Shown in pieces: positions 18,084-28,415 of a DNA stretch of 64,000 nt (position 1 is its first letter; the number at the start of each line of letters is the position of its first letter). The notes under the pieces are model-generated. The model was not told where the DNA came from. It ran no database searches and saw only the letters and a list, made by a program, of their open reading frames with translations. Both the position numbers and the translations under genes were made by a program. This DNA is from a virus: IMG/VR virus record IMGVR_UViG_3300008266_000014, positions 91,531 through 155,530 of that record; one strand, written 5' to 3'.

Positions 18084-20674
18084 TGAACGAAGATTTGCGT
18101 AACTGGTTCCGTGAGAAATGGGTTCGTATGGATACCAAAGGCAATATCAAAGGTGATTGTGCAAGAGAGGAAGGTGAAGGTAAACCCAAATGTCTTCCTC
18201 TTGCCAAAGCATCTAGTATGAGTAAAGAGAAACGTGCAGCAGCGGCAAGAAGAAAAAGAAGAGAAGATCCAGTTGCAGACAGACCAGGTAAAGGCGGCAA
18301 GCCAGTCAATGTTGCAACAGAAGAAGCAAGTACATCAGAGCTAATCAAAAAGAGTCATGAGAAACGAGGAGCTCCTGGTACACTGAAAGCAAAGATTAAA
18401 GGTCCAATCACTTTAGAGAAAGTAAGACAACTAAAGAACAGACCGAATGCAACCACACTAGATAAGAAACAAGCTAACTTTTATATCAATATGCACACAG
18501 AAGAATATCTAGAAGAAAAGAATACACCAACCAATCCATCACTATGGAGCAAAGCAAAGTCACTTGCAAAACAAAAGTTTGACGTGTATCCATCTGCATA
18601 TGCAAATGGCTGGGCATCCAAATGGTACAAATCAAAAGGTGGTGGTTGGAAATCCGTACAAGAGGAAAGACCAATGAAGACGTTAAGAGATATTACTGAA
18701 GGCGCAGATGAAGATCGTCCTTTCGAAATAGTTCATAAGAGTGGTAAAAGTATTGGACGATATAAAACCCTTAAAACTGCTCGTATGGTAGCAGATAAAA
18801 AAGATCTAGAATATGGAGCAATTGCTCATTCAGTAAGGAGAGTAAAACAAGATGATCAAAAGACTACTTCAGAAGGTGTTGTAGTTATGTCTGACTATAA
18901 ACTAGACAAAAAAGGTCGTAAATACAAAGCTCACAGAAAAACAATAAGTCCTACGGCAATGGATGTCGCAAAAGGAATGAGGAAAGGTCCTCAATCAGAG
19001 CTTGGTGAGGCAGTCAACCCTTATCAAATTCAAGAAGAGGGTGACTATCCTCATGTAGGAACAGGTACAAGCAGAAGTATGCAGATGGCAAGAGATATCG
19101 CTACCAATAAAGCAAGATCATCGATGATGAAAGCAAAATATGGTGATGACGTATCTGGTAAAGAGATTCCTGCATATGATGAAGATAAACTAGATTTGAA
19201 GTCTGATGACAAAGGAAACTATGTTGCTACTGTAAAGATGCGTGAAAAGATTGCTGCTATGAAGGAAAGTATCAATCCATATTACGAGGCTGTGAATATT
19301 CAGGGTCACAATATTAATGATGATGACTGGTATATTGTTCATAACAAAACCAAGAAGATAGTTAGTTCTGTTGGTGGAAAGAGTCATGTTGGAAAGCAAA
19401 TATCATTCAATGCAGGATATTCCGGAAACAAAGCCAAGGTAGATGACGAGCACACTGCATATACAGGAATGAAAGTAAAGAGTGTCATGGCAGAGGAAGT
19501 CGATCAAATTGACGAGGTTGGTAACACACCTGAAGGCAAAAAGACTCTCCAGGCATATATGTCAAGATCAATAACCAATATGATGAAGAATCCAGAAAAA
19601 GGTTCGCAGAGAGAAAGAGGCATGCAAAGGGCAGCAGATCGTCTAGATAAAATTAGACAATCAGAAAGAAGTTCCAAACGTAAAGATACTATTATTAAAA
19701 AAGCTAAAGAAATTGATAATTTGATGTGGCAAAACGAAGAAGCTATTCAAGTTGATGAGATTTCCAAAAAGGCAGCTGCTTCATATATTTCCAAAGCAGC
19801 TAAAGATATTGCATATGATGCAAACTACGTTGGTTTTGTTGCTGGAAAGAAAACAAAAGGACATAATCCAACTGAAGAATCTCCAAGAGAGTTAAAGCGT
19901 CATGCAGGTATTGCAAACGCATTAAAAAGACTTGTGAAGGAAGCAAGGATTGAGCAGGTTGATGAAATTAGCAAAAAGACTGTAAAGAGCTATCTTGAAA
20001 AGACTGTTGATCCTGTCTATGGTATTCCTAAAAGCAAGGAAAAGATTGCTCAAAGAATGCAAGGTATTTCCCGTGCTCATCAAAGAGTTGTAGGAAACAA
20101 ACCTACAAGTGAAGAAGTAGAATTAGATGAGGCTTCTGATTACGCAATTGTAAGCACACACCACTTTCCAGATAAATCAATGGCTGTTAAAGTCAAAGAC
20201 AAAGAATCGGGTAAGGAGTTTCATCATGTAGGTAGCCCTACACACTTGAATAACACACTGAAATCTAGATATAAAATTAACTATAGATTGGTGTGGGATG
20301 AAAGAAATGTCAAACCAGCAAATGAAGAGTTTGAACAAGTAGATGAGATCAGCAAAGCAACTGCCACAAGCTATGTAAGAAAGAAGCTATCTCAGATGGG
20401 TAAGCGTTCTGGTGATGCAACTCCAAAAGACTTTGAAAATCTTGCAAGAGCATATAAGCGTATGGGTGTTAGCGACAAAGCAATGAGAGAGAATGTGAAT
20501 CAGATTGAAGAAGCATCGCTTGTCAAAGTATCTACAAATCCAGATGGATCAAGAACAGCTTCTGTTAAAACTGACACCGGTAAAATTGTAAATCACACAT
20601 TCAGAAAAGCGGCCTCTATCAATAAACTTTTGAAGAGACGATATAATATTTCAGGATCTATTCCAGAAAACTAA
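18083..20674 (+). CDS. Probable head-internal polyprotein with QVDE repeats
   Basis: EDLRNWFREKWV and PTNPSLW...YPSAYANGW..KWYK.KGGGWK modules, then QVDEISK/QIDE/ELDE/QIEE linkers. Confidence 0.75.
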   Translation: MNEDLRNWFREKWVRMDTKGNIKGDCAREEGEGKPKCLPLAKASSMSKEKRAAAARRKRREDPVADRPGKGGKPVNVATEEASTSELIKKSHEKRGAPGTLKAKIKGPITLEKVRQLKNRPNATTLDKKQANFYINMHTEEYLEEKNTPTNPSLWSKAKSLAKQKFDVYPSAYANGWASKWYKSKGGGWKSVQEERPMKTLRDITEGADEDRPFEIVHKSGKSIGRYKTLKTARMVADKKDLEYGAIAHSVRRVKQDDQKTTSEGVVVMSDYKLDKKGRKYKAHRKTISPTAMDVAKGMRKGPQSELGEAVNPYQIQEEGDYPHVGTGTSRSMQMARDIATNKARSSMMKAKYGDDVSGKEIPAYDEDKLDLKSDDKGNYVATVKMREKIAAMKESINPYYEAVNIQGHNINDDDWYIVHNKTKKIVSSVGGKSHVGKQISFNAGYSGNKAKVDDEHTAYTGMKVKSVMAEEVDQIDEVGNTPEGKKTLQAYMSRSITNMMKNPEKGSQRERGMQRAADRLDKIRQSERSSKRKDTIIKKAKEIDNLMWQNEEAIQVDEISKKAAASYISKAAKDIAYDANYVGFVAGKKTKGHNPTEESPRELKRHAGIANALKRLVKEARIEQVDEISKKTVKSYLEKTVDPVYGIPKSKEKIAQRMQGISRAHQRVVGNKPTSEEVELDEASDYAIVSTHHFPDKSMAVKVKDKESGKEFHHVGSPTHLNNTLKSRYKINYRLVWDERNVKPANEEFEQVDEISKATATSYVRKKLSQMGKRSGDATPKDFENLARAYKRMGVSDKAMRENVNQIEEASLVKVSTNPDGSRTASVKTDTGKIVNHTFRKAASINKLLKRRYNISGSIPEN

Positions 20675-20675
20675 G

Positions 20676-20912
20676 ATGCCAATTATTCTTCAGAGCGATA
20701 TTACCTTTAAAGAACCTCCGCAACCTCAAATTAGAGGAGGTGGTCAGGCTACTTCACTGCAATCACTTAGAGCAAGGTTAGAACCCAAAGTTGAAAAACC
20801 AAATGAGATCAAAAGAGAGTTCAAACCAAAGGTAAGAGACACGAATACCACCCTGATTCAATACAAAGAATCTTCGTTTTTAAACGATATGCTGTCGAAC
20901 AATAAAGAATAA
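20676..20912 (+). CDS. Hypothetical protein
   Basis: Intact ORF in tandem operon. Confidence 0.55.
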   Translation: MPIILQSDITFKEPPQPQIRGGGQATSLQSLRARLEPKVEKPNEIKREFKPKVRDTNTTLIQYKESSFLNDMLSNNKE

Positions 20913-20945
20913 ATAATAAAACAAACCTAGTCAAGGAGTAAGAAA

Positions 20946-21803
20946 ATGCCATTATGGGGAAATCAAGACGCAGCCAGTAACTCAGTTATTTCTGCGCCTG
21001 CTCAATTTAAACAATCACCAAACACTGCAAATAGAGATGCTTTGTACGGTAATACTACACAAGATGCAGTAGTGGCTGGTCAGACAGTTGGTATGTACGC
21101 TGCTGATACCACAGAAATGAGTGTTGGATCAGGTCCAGTAGTTGATGCCGTGATTACTTTTGCTGGTTCTGGATATGGAGCAAATACAACTGTAGCATTC
21201 AGCTCCAATAACACAGGATCAAGTGCTGCTGCTAATGCTCAATCAAATGCTTCTGGTAGAATCACTGCTGTTAATCTAACAAACAATGGTTCTGGATATA
21301 CTACATCACCAATTATCACGATTGCTGCTCCATCAGCTCAAACATTTGCTGGTAACACAACATCTGTTACAGTTGGTAATACAACAAATACTGGTTGGAT
21401 CACACTTGGAACCAACAGAGCATTTTTTGTTAACAACGACATCGTAACATACCTTGTTGCTGCAAGTAATACTGCTATTGGTGGTCTAACAAACAACACC
21501 ACGTATGCTGTGCAAACAATTAACTCAACAGCTATTCAGTTGCTGGTTAGTGTTGGTGGTGCTTCTGTTAACCTCTCTTCTGCTGAAACATCTGCGCAGG
21601 CTGGTCACTCAATTACTGGTGAAACAGCAACTGGTGCAGTTACTGTTGGTGGTGCAAAGAACAGAGGTATCACTCACGCTGGATGGGTAATTAGAACTGA
21701 AGGTACTGGTAACCGTGCAGGACGTGTACAGTATGAAACATTGGTAGCTATGAGCTCCATCACTGGTGATGGATCGGACGACAATCCACTACCTGACGCA
21801 TAA
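20946..21803 (+). CDS. Virion structural protein (Gly/Ser/Thr-rich)
   Basis: MPLWG N-terminus, GSGY repeats, HAGWV...GR.GRVQYETLVAM C-terminus; AGGAG RBS. Confidence 0.8.
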   Translation: MPLWGNQDAASNSVISAPAQFKQSPNTANRDALYGNTTQDAVVAGQTVGMYAADTTEMSVGSGPVVDAVITFAGSGYGANTTVAFSSNNTGSSAAANAQSNASGRITAVNLTNNGSGYTTSPIITIAAPSAQTFAGNTTSVTVGNTTNTGWITLGTNRAFFVNNDIVTYLVAASNTAIGGLTNNTTYAVQTINSTAIQLLVSVGGASVNLSSAETSAQAGHSITGETATGAVTVGGAKNRGITHAGWVIRTEGTGNRAGRVQYETLVAMSSITGDGSDDNPLPDA

Positions 21804-22087
21804 TGAGTGATCGTGCTAAAAAGATCACGGAGCTGTCTGCCCTGACAGCTCCGGCTGGTGATGACTTACTCGTTATTGTTGACGATGTTGCTGGAACTGC
21901 AACAACTAAGAAAGTAACTGTTGCTAACCTCTTTGGTAACAGTTCTGCTAATGTTGTGATTTTTAATGCAACACCTGCAAATAGCACGATAACAGTCAAA
22001 AAAGGTACATTGTTATTTGATAACAACTACATATACATTGCAACATCAAACAACAACTTGAAAAGGGTGTCCTTGAGTTCTTTCTAA
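21803..22087 (+). CDS. Small structural/fibre-associated protein
   Basis: KKITEL...DLLVIVD...TKKVTV; D.NYIYIA. Confidence 0.65.
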   Translation: MSDRAKKITELSALTAPAGDDLLVIVDDVAGTATTKKVTVANLFGNSSANVVIFNATPANSTITVKKGTLLFDNNYIYIATSNNNLKRVSLSSF

Positions 22088-22088
22088 T

Positions 22089-22484
22089 ATGCCTATTGAT
22101 GATTTGAATGAAGCTAATGCATTAGTTTATGCAGCAAAACATTATGACAATCCACACTTCTTTGATACCGTAGAGTTCTACGAAGATCTTAGTAGGTTTA
22201 AATATCTGAAGAAGCTTTTTGGAAGATATGAGGAGACAGGCGAGATCAATGAAAGACTGGTACTCAACCACCTCACTGTGATATACAATGTATTTGGTGT
22301 AGAAGCAGCAACAAAGCTGCTGTTCTTAAAAATGGATAATTACGGCTCATATTTGAAGCCGTTTTTATTGCTTCTAAATTATCTACCAGAGGTCATCTTT
22401 GGTGTCCAAGGAAAAAACATAAACACTTCTGATATCATCATGGATCAGAATATAGTAGAGAAGCTGAGAAAAATAAATGAGTGA
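22089..22484 (+). CDS. Conserved T4-like phage hypothetical protein
   Basis: YAAKHYDNP..EFYEDL.RFKYLK...ERLVLNH..V.YNVFG. Confidence 0.75.
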   Translation: MPIDDLNEANALVYAAKHYDNPHFFDTVEFYEDLSRFKYLKKLFGRYEETGEINERLVLNHLTVIYNVFGVEAATKLLFLKMDNYGSYLKPFLLLLNYLPEVIFGVQGKNINTSDIIMDQNIVEKLRKINE

Positions 22485-23004
22485 TCCAACGATTCCATCG
22501 TACATCAAGAATGTTCCCTCCATGTCACAAAATCCTCTTGTTGATATGTTTCTCACCTACCAGCTCTTAAAAAGAATCAATACACCTTTCGAACAATGGC
22601 CAGCATACAGACTAGGAATCATTGACAAGAAAGGAAAAGTATTAAAGAAAAAGTCTTCATTGAAGACAGACAAAGAAAAGGCAGCATGGGGATATTTTGA
22701 CATTGTTGCTACCAACCTCAAAAAGATTATCGCAAAAGCTCCTGGTGGTTCTTCTCAGGCAGGAACAATGGTTGCGTCCTATCTGCTAATGAAAGAATCG
22801 AGAGACTACAACCTCAACGAAGAGCAAGTATCAAGCCTTTGCGAGAATGTTTTTGGTATTGCGAGTATGAATGCAGGGGATGCTTCTGGTGCTGGAGTAA
22901 CACCTGTAAATAATATTGGGCAGGGAAATGTCAAGCTGTTTGATCCCTTGCTACCTAGAATGAAAAAGATATTGAGAAGAAAGAAACCAAATGTGGATAC
23001 TTAA
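22477..23004 (+). CDS. Conserved T4-like phage hypothetical protein
   Basis: TPFEQWPAY.LGIID.KG.VL. Confidence 0.7.
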   Translation: MSDPTIPSYIKNVPSMSQNPLVDMFLTYQLLKRINTPFEQWPAYRLGIIDKKGKVLKKKSSLKTDKEKAAWGYFDIVATNLKKIIAKAPGGSSQAGTMVASYLLMKESRDYNLNEEQVSSLCENVFGIASMNAGDASGAGVTPVNNIGQGNVKLFDPLLPRMKKILRRKKPNVDT

Positions 23005-23422
23005 CTTTTTACCTGACTGGTTTTTTCATGCGTTGTTGGTTCTGGGTGTTGCAGGATACACATCAACATTCCTTTTAAGATTCCTTCCTTCGTTTGTTTA
23101 CGTCTACAAACTTCCAATTCAACTTGTTTCCATTGCGCTGATTGCTGTCAGTGTTTATATGTTTGGTGCCTTTGCAGAAAAGGCTGCATGGGAAGCCAGA
23201 GTAAAAGAAATGGAAGCTAAAGTCAAAATTGCTGAAGAAAAAGCAAAAGAAGAGAATATTAAGATTGTGACCAAGCTCGTCACGAAGACGAAGGTTATTA
23301 GAGAGAAGGCTAAGGAAAGAGTAGCGTACATTGATAGGGAAATTGTGAAATTTGATAATAAGTGTGAGATTCCGAAAGAATTTGTGAAAGTGGTAAATGA
23401 TGCAGTGGAGCCACCAAAATGA
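22991..23422 (+). CDS. Putative inner-membrane spanin (Rz-like)
   Basis: N-terminal TM helices, coiled coil, C-terminal Cys; overlaps a lipoprotein gene. Confidence 0.65.
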   Translation: MWILNFLPDWFFHALLVLGVAGYTSTFLLRFLPSFVYVYKLPIQLVSIALIAVSVYMFGAFAEKAAWEARVKEMEAKVKIAEEKAKEENIKIVTKLVTKTKVIREKAKERVAYIDREIVKFDNKCEIPKEFVKVVNDAVEPPK

Positions 23423-23676
23423 AATACTTAATTCCTTTAGTTTTACTATGTGGGTGTTCAACAACAGTTCCAGTTAAGGCAAAGTTCCCTGACGCTCCGG
23501 AACCTCTAATGGAAAAGTGTATACCTTTAATTAAACTTCAAGATGAAGCCAAACTAAGTGATGTCGCTAAGAATATGTCATATAACTATTCACTGTATCA
23601 TGAGTGTTCAGTAAAGGTGGAAGCATGGCAGGAATGGTATACGAGCCAGAAGAAGATCTTTGATGAGGTCAAGTAA
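23419..23676 (+). CDS. Putative outer-membrane spanin lipoprotein (Rz1-like)
   Basis: Lipobox LCGC, Pro-rich FPDAPEPLM.KC. Confidence 0.7.
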   Translation: MKYLIPLVLLCGCSTTVPVKAKFPDAPEPLMEKCIPLIKLQDEAKLSDVAKNMSYNYSLYHECSVKVEAWQEWYTSQKKIFDEVK

Positions 23677-24983
23677 TGGCTCAGTTCAGAACTGATCAAA
23701 ACAAATTAGACTTTTCAAATAACAAAACACGATATGAAGTGTTCATGTTATCTGATAGGTTGACTCCATCTGGTAATCTTACAGATGCATTTGGTCGCCT
23801 AAGAATATCTCAACCCTTCACTCTTTTTGATAGCAGCCACAGATTTGCTGATAATGGACTCTGGTCAACTTCCAATACAGCTGGCGGCACATATGCTTTC
23901 GTCACTAATCAATCAACAATTGATATGACTGTCAATACAACAGCAGATGCTGAAGTAATAAGAGAAACGACTAAAGTATTCTCATACCAGCCTGGTAAGT
24001 CTTTGTTAGTTATGAACACGTTTGCAATGAGTACCCCTAAGGCTAATTTAAGGCAGCGGGTTGGTTATTTTGGTGCACAGAATGGTGTATATTTAGAAAA
24101 CGATGGTACGACGAATTATCTAGTACTTAGAAGTTACACGACAGGGGCGGTTGTTGAGACCCGTGCAGCACAGACAAACTGGAACATCGATAAATTTGAT
24201 GGTACTGGCTATTCAGGTCAAGGATCAGAACAAGCTCATACAACAGGCCTTGATGTTTCAAAAACTAACATTCTTTGGTTTGATATAGAGTGGCTAGGCG
24301 TTGGTGATGTTAGATGTGGTTTCGTGGTTGATGGAAGATTCGTTACTGCCCATGTGTTTCATAACGATAACAGGAACACAATTCCTTATATGACTACAGC
24401 ATCGTTACCTTTGAGATATGAGATAAAGAACACAGGAACTACTGCCAGCTCAAGTACTCTGAAACAAATATGTTCTACTGTAATTTCTGAAGGTGGATAT
24501 GAATTGAGAGGCGCTCAACAAGGTGTAGGAAATGTAGTGACATCACCTGTTGATATTACCACTGCAGGAACATATTACACACTTATTTCTCTCAGATTGA
24601 AATCAGCTCGTCTTGATGCAATAGCAGTTCTGACCGCTATATCTCTTTTAGCTGTTACAAATAACGCTGTGGTGAATTGGCAGATGAGATCTAATGGAAC
24701 AACAACAGGAGGAACCTGGGTTAGTGCAGGTGCTGATTCTTCGGTTGAGTATAAATTAGATGGCGGAACTATTACTGGAGGTCGTATCTTAGCACAAGGA
24801 TACACCACAGCATCAACCCAAAGCTCCATTCCAGTAGATATTCTTAGAGAAGCACTTTTCAAGTTTCAAATGGAAAGAAATGGATTAACTAATACTCCAT
24901 TCGAATTGACATTATGTGCAACCAGTGATGTTAACGGTACGGATGTACATGCAGCATTGGACTGGGAAGAGATAACAAGATAA
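23676..24983 (+). CDS. Probable virion structural protein
   Basis: DAFGRLR, YQPGKS, WLGVG.VR.GF; beta-rich, Thr/Gly-rich. Confidence 0.7.
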   Translation: MAQFRTDQNKLDFSNNKTRYEVFMLSDRLTPSGNLTDAFGRLRISQPFTLFDSSHRFADNGLWSTSNTAGGTYAFVTNQSTIDMTVNTTADAEVIRETTKVFSYQPGKSLLVMNTFAMSTPKANLRQRVGYFGAQNGVYLENDGTTNYLVLRSYTTGAVVETRAAQTNWNIDKFDGTGYSGQGSEQAHTTGLDVSKTNILWFDIEWLGVGDVRCGFVVDGRFVTAHVFHNDNRNTIPYMTTASLPLRYEIKNTGTTASSSTLKQICSTVISEGGYELRGAQQGVGNVVTSPVDITTAGTYYTLISLRLKSARLDAIAVLTAISLLAVTNNAVVNWQMRSNGTTTGGTWVSAGADSSVEYKLDGGTITGGRILAQGYTTASTQSSIPVDILREALFKFQMERNGLTNTPFELTLCATSDVNGTDVHAALDWEEITR

Positions 24984-25119
24984 ATATTTTTCTAATACAC
25001 ACCTTAGGACCGTTAATCTTTAAGAGTGTATAGGGAGGCCCCTGCCTACTACATCTGCATTACAATTGCAGAGGACATAAGTGGGGCAACACCAATAACT
25101 ATAATTAAAAAGGTGAAAC

Positions 25120-25773
25120 ATGAAGGTAACGAAACAACAATTGAAAGAATTGCTCCCTAAAAATCCTTACGTGGATTACTGGTATGACACTCTGTTCGGC
25201 CCACAACATGAACTTGGTGGCTCGACCCTTTTGGACGAATACGACATCAACACCCCGAAGCGAGTTGCTGCTTTTATTGCACAGTGCGCGCACGAATCTG
25301 GTGGATTCATGGTTTTGAAAGAGAATCTGAACTACAAAGCTCCTTCTCTTCGTAAACTATTCTCAAAGTACTTTCCTACGGATGCGCTTGCAGAGCAGTA
25401 TGCTTCGAGACCAAACAGACAAGAAGCAATTGCAAATAGAATCTACGCAAGCCGCATGGGCAACGGTGATGAGGCTAGCGGGGATGGGTTTAGATACTGC
25501 GGACGTGGATTAATTCAGCTGACTGGTAAATCTAACTATCAAAACTTTGCAGATAGTCTTGAAATGAGAGTTGAGGATGTTCCAGCCTATCTAGCCACGT
25601 TTGAAGGTGCTGCACAGTCTGCATGCTGGTTCTGGGAAACAAATAAACTAAACAGATTTGCTGATGCAGGAGACATCAAGGGTCTAACAAAGGCGATTAA
25701 CGGTGGTTTCATCGGTCTTGAAGATAGAATCAAGCATTATGAGCATGCACTTCATGTAATAGGAGCTCACTGA
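25120..25773 (+). CDS. Glycoside hydrolase family 19 endolysin
   Basis: AAFIAQCAHESGG, ENLNY, GDG.RY.GRGLIQLTG..NY, INGG..GL.DR. Confidence 0.92.
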   Translation: MKVTKQQLKELLPKNPYVDYWYDTLFGPQHELGGSTLLDEYDINTPKRVAAFIAQCAHESGGFMVLKENLNYKAPSLRKLFSKYFPTDALAEQYASRPNRQEAIANRIYASRMGNGDEASGDGFRYCGRGLIQLTGKSNYQNFADSLEMRVEDVPAYLATFEGAAQSACWFWETNKLNRFADAGDIKGLTKAINGGFIGLEDRIKHYEHALHVIGAH

Positions 25774-26003
25774 TGAAATATCTACCCCTAATAATGCTTG
25801 TAGCGTTGATGGGATGTGAAGAGCGCTATAGATATCCATGTCAAGATCCAAGTAACTGGCAAGAAGAGCAATGCAAGAAACCAATTTGCAGTGCAAATGG
25901 AACTTGCCCAGAAGATCTTACCCCATATGAAAAAGAAAAGGTTGGAGGCACAACTGGAAATCCAAATCTACAGCCTGCACCTAGTAAAGGAGATTGTAAA
26001 TGA
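25773..26003 (+). CDS. Small Cys-rich lipoprotein
   Basis: LMGC lipobox; RYPCQDP.NW...C..P.C...G.C. Confidence 0.7.
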   Translation: MKYLPLIMLVALMGCEERYRYPCQDPSNWQEEQCKKPICSANGTCPEDLTPYEKEKVGGTTGNPNLQPAPSKGDCK

Positions 26004-26437
26004 TTAAGCAACTATGGTCTGAAGATAAGTACACTACAGAAGAACTAAATGCGAGACTAAAGTTCTTCATTGGAATTATTCTTGGCTTAACACTTTTTGG
26101 TATTGTATTCGTTGTTCTTTACAGCTTGATTTTTGTAACTCAGCCAATGAATGGAATGAGTCCTGTTGATAATAAGTTCTTTGAGCTAATTATTCCTGTT
26201 GCAACATTCCTAACTGGTACCCTATCTGGAATCATGCTAGCAGGAGATGATAAGGATTTGAGAGCAAAGGCGCTGGAAGCAGCTAACAAGCCACCTCCTC
26301 CTTCTGCACCACCACCAGCACCAGTTCCAGTAACAAGAACATTTACTGAAACAACTTATGCAGGTGCACCTCCATCAATTACAACTGGGTTTGGTGGCAA
26401 AGCAGCTCCTCCTCCTGCACCTGAGCCAGAACTATGA
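26000..26437 (+). CDS. Membrane protein, holin/antiholin candidate
   Basis: Two TM helices, Pro-rich tail; next to endolysin. Confidence 0.6.
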   Translation: MIKQLWSEDKYTTEELNARLKFFIGIILGLTLFGIVFVVLYSLIFVTQPMNGMSPVDNKFFELIIPVATFLTGTLSGIMLAGDDKDLRAKALEAANKPPPPSAPPPAPVPVTRTFTETTYAGAPPSITTGFGGKAAPPPAPEPEL

Positions 26438-26661
26438 TAGCATTTATCTCAAAGATGCTTGCTGGTGAGGGAGAGAACAACCCAAGCAGTAAGAGAGTAA
26501 TTACATTTCTTGCATTCCTGCTTTTAGCAGCTGGATATATAGCAGAGATGTTCTTTGAGAAGAAAGTTAATCCCCATACCTTCGATACAATAATGTATAT
26601 TGTTATTGGTGGTTTGGGGTTTACTGCTTCAGAAAAATTCACTAACAAGGAAAAGAAATGA
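26434..26661 (+). CDS. Small 2-TM protein, holin candidate
   Basis: PSSKRV..F; GGLGFTASEKF. Confidence 0.6.
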   Translation: MIAFISKMLAGEGENNPSSKRVITFLAFLLLAAGYIAEMFFEKKVNPHTFDTIMYIVIGGLGFTASEKFTNKEKK

Positions 26662-26861
26662 AAAAGGAAATTGTATTTGCATCTATGATTCTATTTCTTC
26701 TTTTTGCTCCACTATCCAAGGCAGCTTTTGCTGGAGGTGAGATGAAAGAAGTCTGCCGTAAGGAAACGAAGAACGGTAAAGAGGTTGAAGTGTGCAAGAA
26801 GATCAAAGTACACAAGAAACTAGAAGGCACAGCTGTTCCAGAGAAAGCACCAAAGAAGTAA
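26658..26861 (+). CDS. Small secreted protein
   Basis: Signal peptide AFA; two Cys. Confidence 0.6.
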   Translation: MKKEIVFASMILFLLFAPLSKAAFAGGEMKEVCRKETKNGKEVEVCKKIKVHKKLEGTAVPEKAPKK

Positions 26862-27113
26862 ATGTCAATGGAACTATTCGATACTCAATCAAGGATCGCT
26901 ATTTTGGAACACGAAGTAAAAAACGTCTCTGAAATGATGAAAGAGCTTCGTAAGGAGCAGAAAGAGCAACACGAAGCAATGATGAAAAGAATCGATTCTA
27001 TTGACCATAGAATTGCAGTTCTTGAAAAATGGCGGTTCATGTTGATTGGTGGCTCGCTCGTGATTGGCTACCTAGTAGCTCAGCTTGTTCAGCTTGCAAA
27101 GGTCCTTAGTTGA
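26862..27113 (+). CDS. Coiled-coil protein with C-terminal TM anchor
   Basis: RIAVLEKWR plus hydrophobic tail; typical gene upstream of primase. Confidence 0.65.
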   Translation: MSMELFDTQSRIAILEHEVKNVSEMMKELRKEQKEQHEAMMKRIDSIDHRIAVLEKWRFMLIGGSLVIGYLVAQLVQLAKVLS

Positions 27114-27138
27114 CGTTGTAAGTAACTCTACATATAAT
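27110..27138 (+). promoter_or_regulatory. Sigma70-type promoter for primase
   Basis: TTGACG-N17-TATAAT. Confidence 0.75.
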
Positions 27139-27162
27139 TCTCCTGCTATCTGAGGAGAGTTT

Positions 27163-28197
27163 ATGCAACCTATTGATTACAAATATATTGGTCTGATATC
27201 ATCCCACCTACCGCTCTTCACGAGAAAGCGAGACGGTACATATAATTTTAGATGTATACTATGTGGTGATTCTCAAACCAACAAAACAAAGAAACGCGGT
27301 TTCCTTCTTGCACAAGGTGACCGCGTTACTTATTACTGCCACAATTGTAATGCCTCACTGAGTCTCCCAAATCTTATCAAGCACGTCGATGTAAATCTTT
27401 TTGAGGAATATCAAAAAGAAAAACTAGCAGAAAAATATATTTCCAAACAAACTGGAATAACCGCAAGACCCCGTGACATTACTCGCATAAGTTTTCCTAA
27501 ATACCTTCGCTCTCATATGAAGGAGCTAGTCAAAGTTTCTTCACTTCGGTATGACCATCCTGCGAAAAAGTATGTTGACCAGCGAAAGATCCCCAGCAAA
27601 CACCATCATAAACTGTTCTTTGCTGGAACTTTCAAAAAATGGGTCAACACTCTAATCCCAGATAAATTTGACCTTGAGAGTGGTAAAGATGAAGCAAGGC
27701 TCGTAATCCCTTTTATTGATATGGATGGTTCGCTAATAGGGTTTACCGGCAGGTCTTTTGATCCCAATAGTAAGCTGAGATACATTACTATTGCAGTCGA
27801 TCCAGAAAAGCCAATGCTGTATGGTTTAGACAATATTGACAAAACCAGAAAGATATACGTGACGGAAGGACCTATTGATTCACTATTCCTTCCAAACTGT
27901 CTTGCGATGTCTTCATCTAATAATTTTGATGGATTAAAAACATTCAACAGTGACCCATCAAAATACATTATCGTTATGGATAATGAACCGAAAAATAAAG
28001 ATATATGTAGAATTGTTGAGAAGGCAATAGATCTTGGTTATAGTGTTTGTATATGGCCAAATCATATCGAACACAAAGATGTAAATGAGATGGTGTTGTC
28101 TGGGATCTCTCCAGAAAACATAAAACTGATTATCGACAACAATACATATTCTGGTTTGCAAGCAAAGGCTACCCTGATGCAGTGGAAAAAATGCTAG
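27163..28197 (+). CDS. gp61: DNA primase (gp61)
   Basis: NFRC.LCGDS...CHNC zinc finger; EGPIDS, DNEP, KDVNEM TOPRIM. Confidence 0.96.
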   Translation: MQPIDYKYIGLISSHLPLFTRKRDGTYNFRCILCGDSQTNKTKKRGFLLAQGDRVTYYCHNCNASLSLPNLIKHVDVNLFEEYQKEKLAEKYISKQTGITARPRDITRISFPKYLRSHMKELVKVSSLRYDHPAKKYVDQRKIPSKHHHKLFFAGTFKKWVNTLIPDKFDLESGKDEARLVIPFIDMDGSLIGFTGRSFDPNSKLRYITIAVDPEKPMLYGLDNIDKTRKIYVTEGPIDSLFLPNCLAMSSSNNFDGLKTFNSDPSKYIIVMDNEPKNKDICRIVEKAIDLGYSVCIWPNHIEHKDVNEMVLSGISPENIKLIIDNNTYSGLQAKATLMQWKKC

Positions 28198-28415
28198 AGA
28201 TAGAAAGAAAAGCAAAAATATATCTTCGCTCGATGGATAAGTTAGTTATGTCCTGTGACAATGAAGAAGAGTTGAGAATGCTTGCTTGTGCAATGATGAC
28301 GTCTTCAATTCATATTTTAGAACAGCAAATAGGAATTAACCGTACTCGTAAGTTACTAGACGCAACCATGGAGGCACGTTATGGTGAAAGAGAAGGAGAC
28401 AGAAGAGCAAAATGA
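28191..28415 (+). CDS. Hypothetical protein
   Basis: Tandem ORF. Confidence 0.55.
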   Translation: MLEIERKAKIYLRSMDKLVMSCDNEEELRMLACAMMTSSIHILEQQIGINRTRKLLDATMEARYGEREGDRRAK

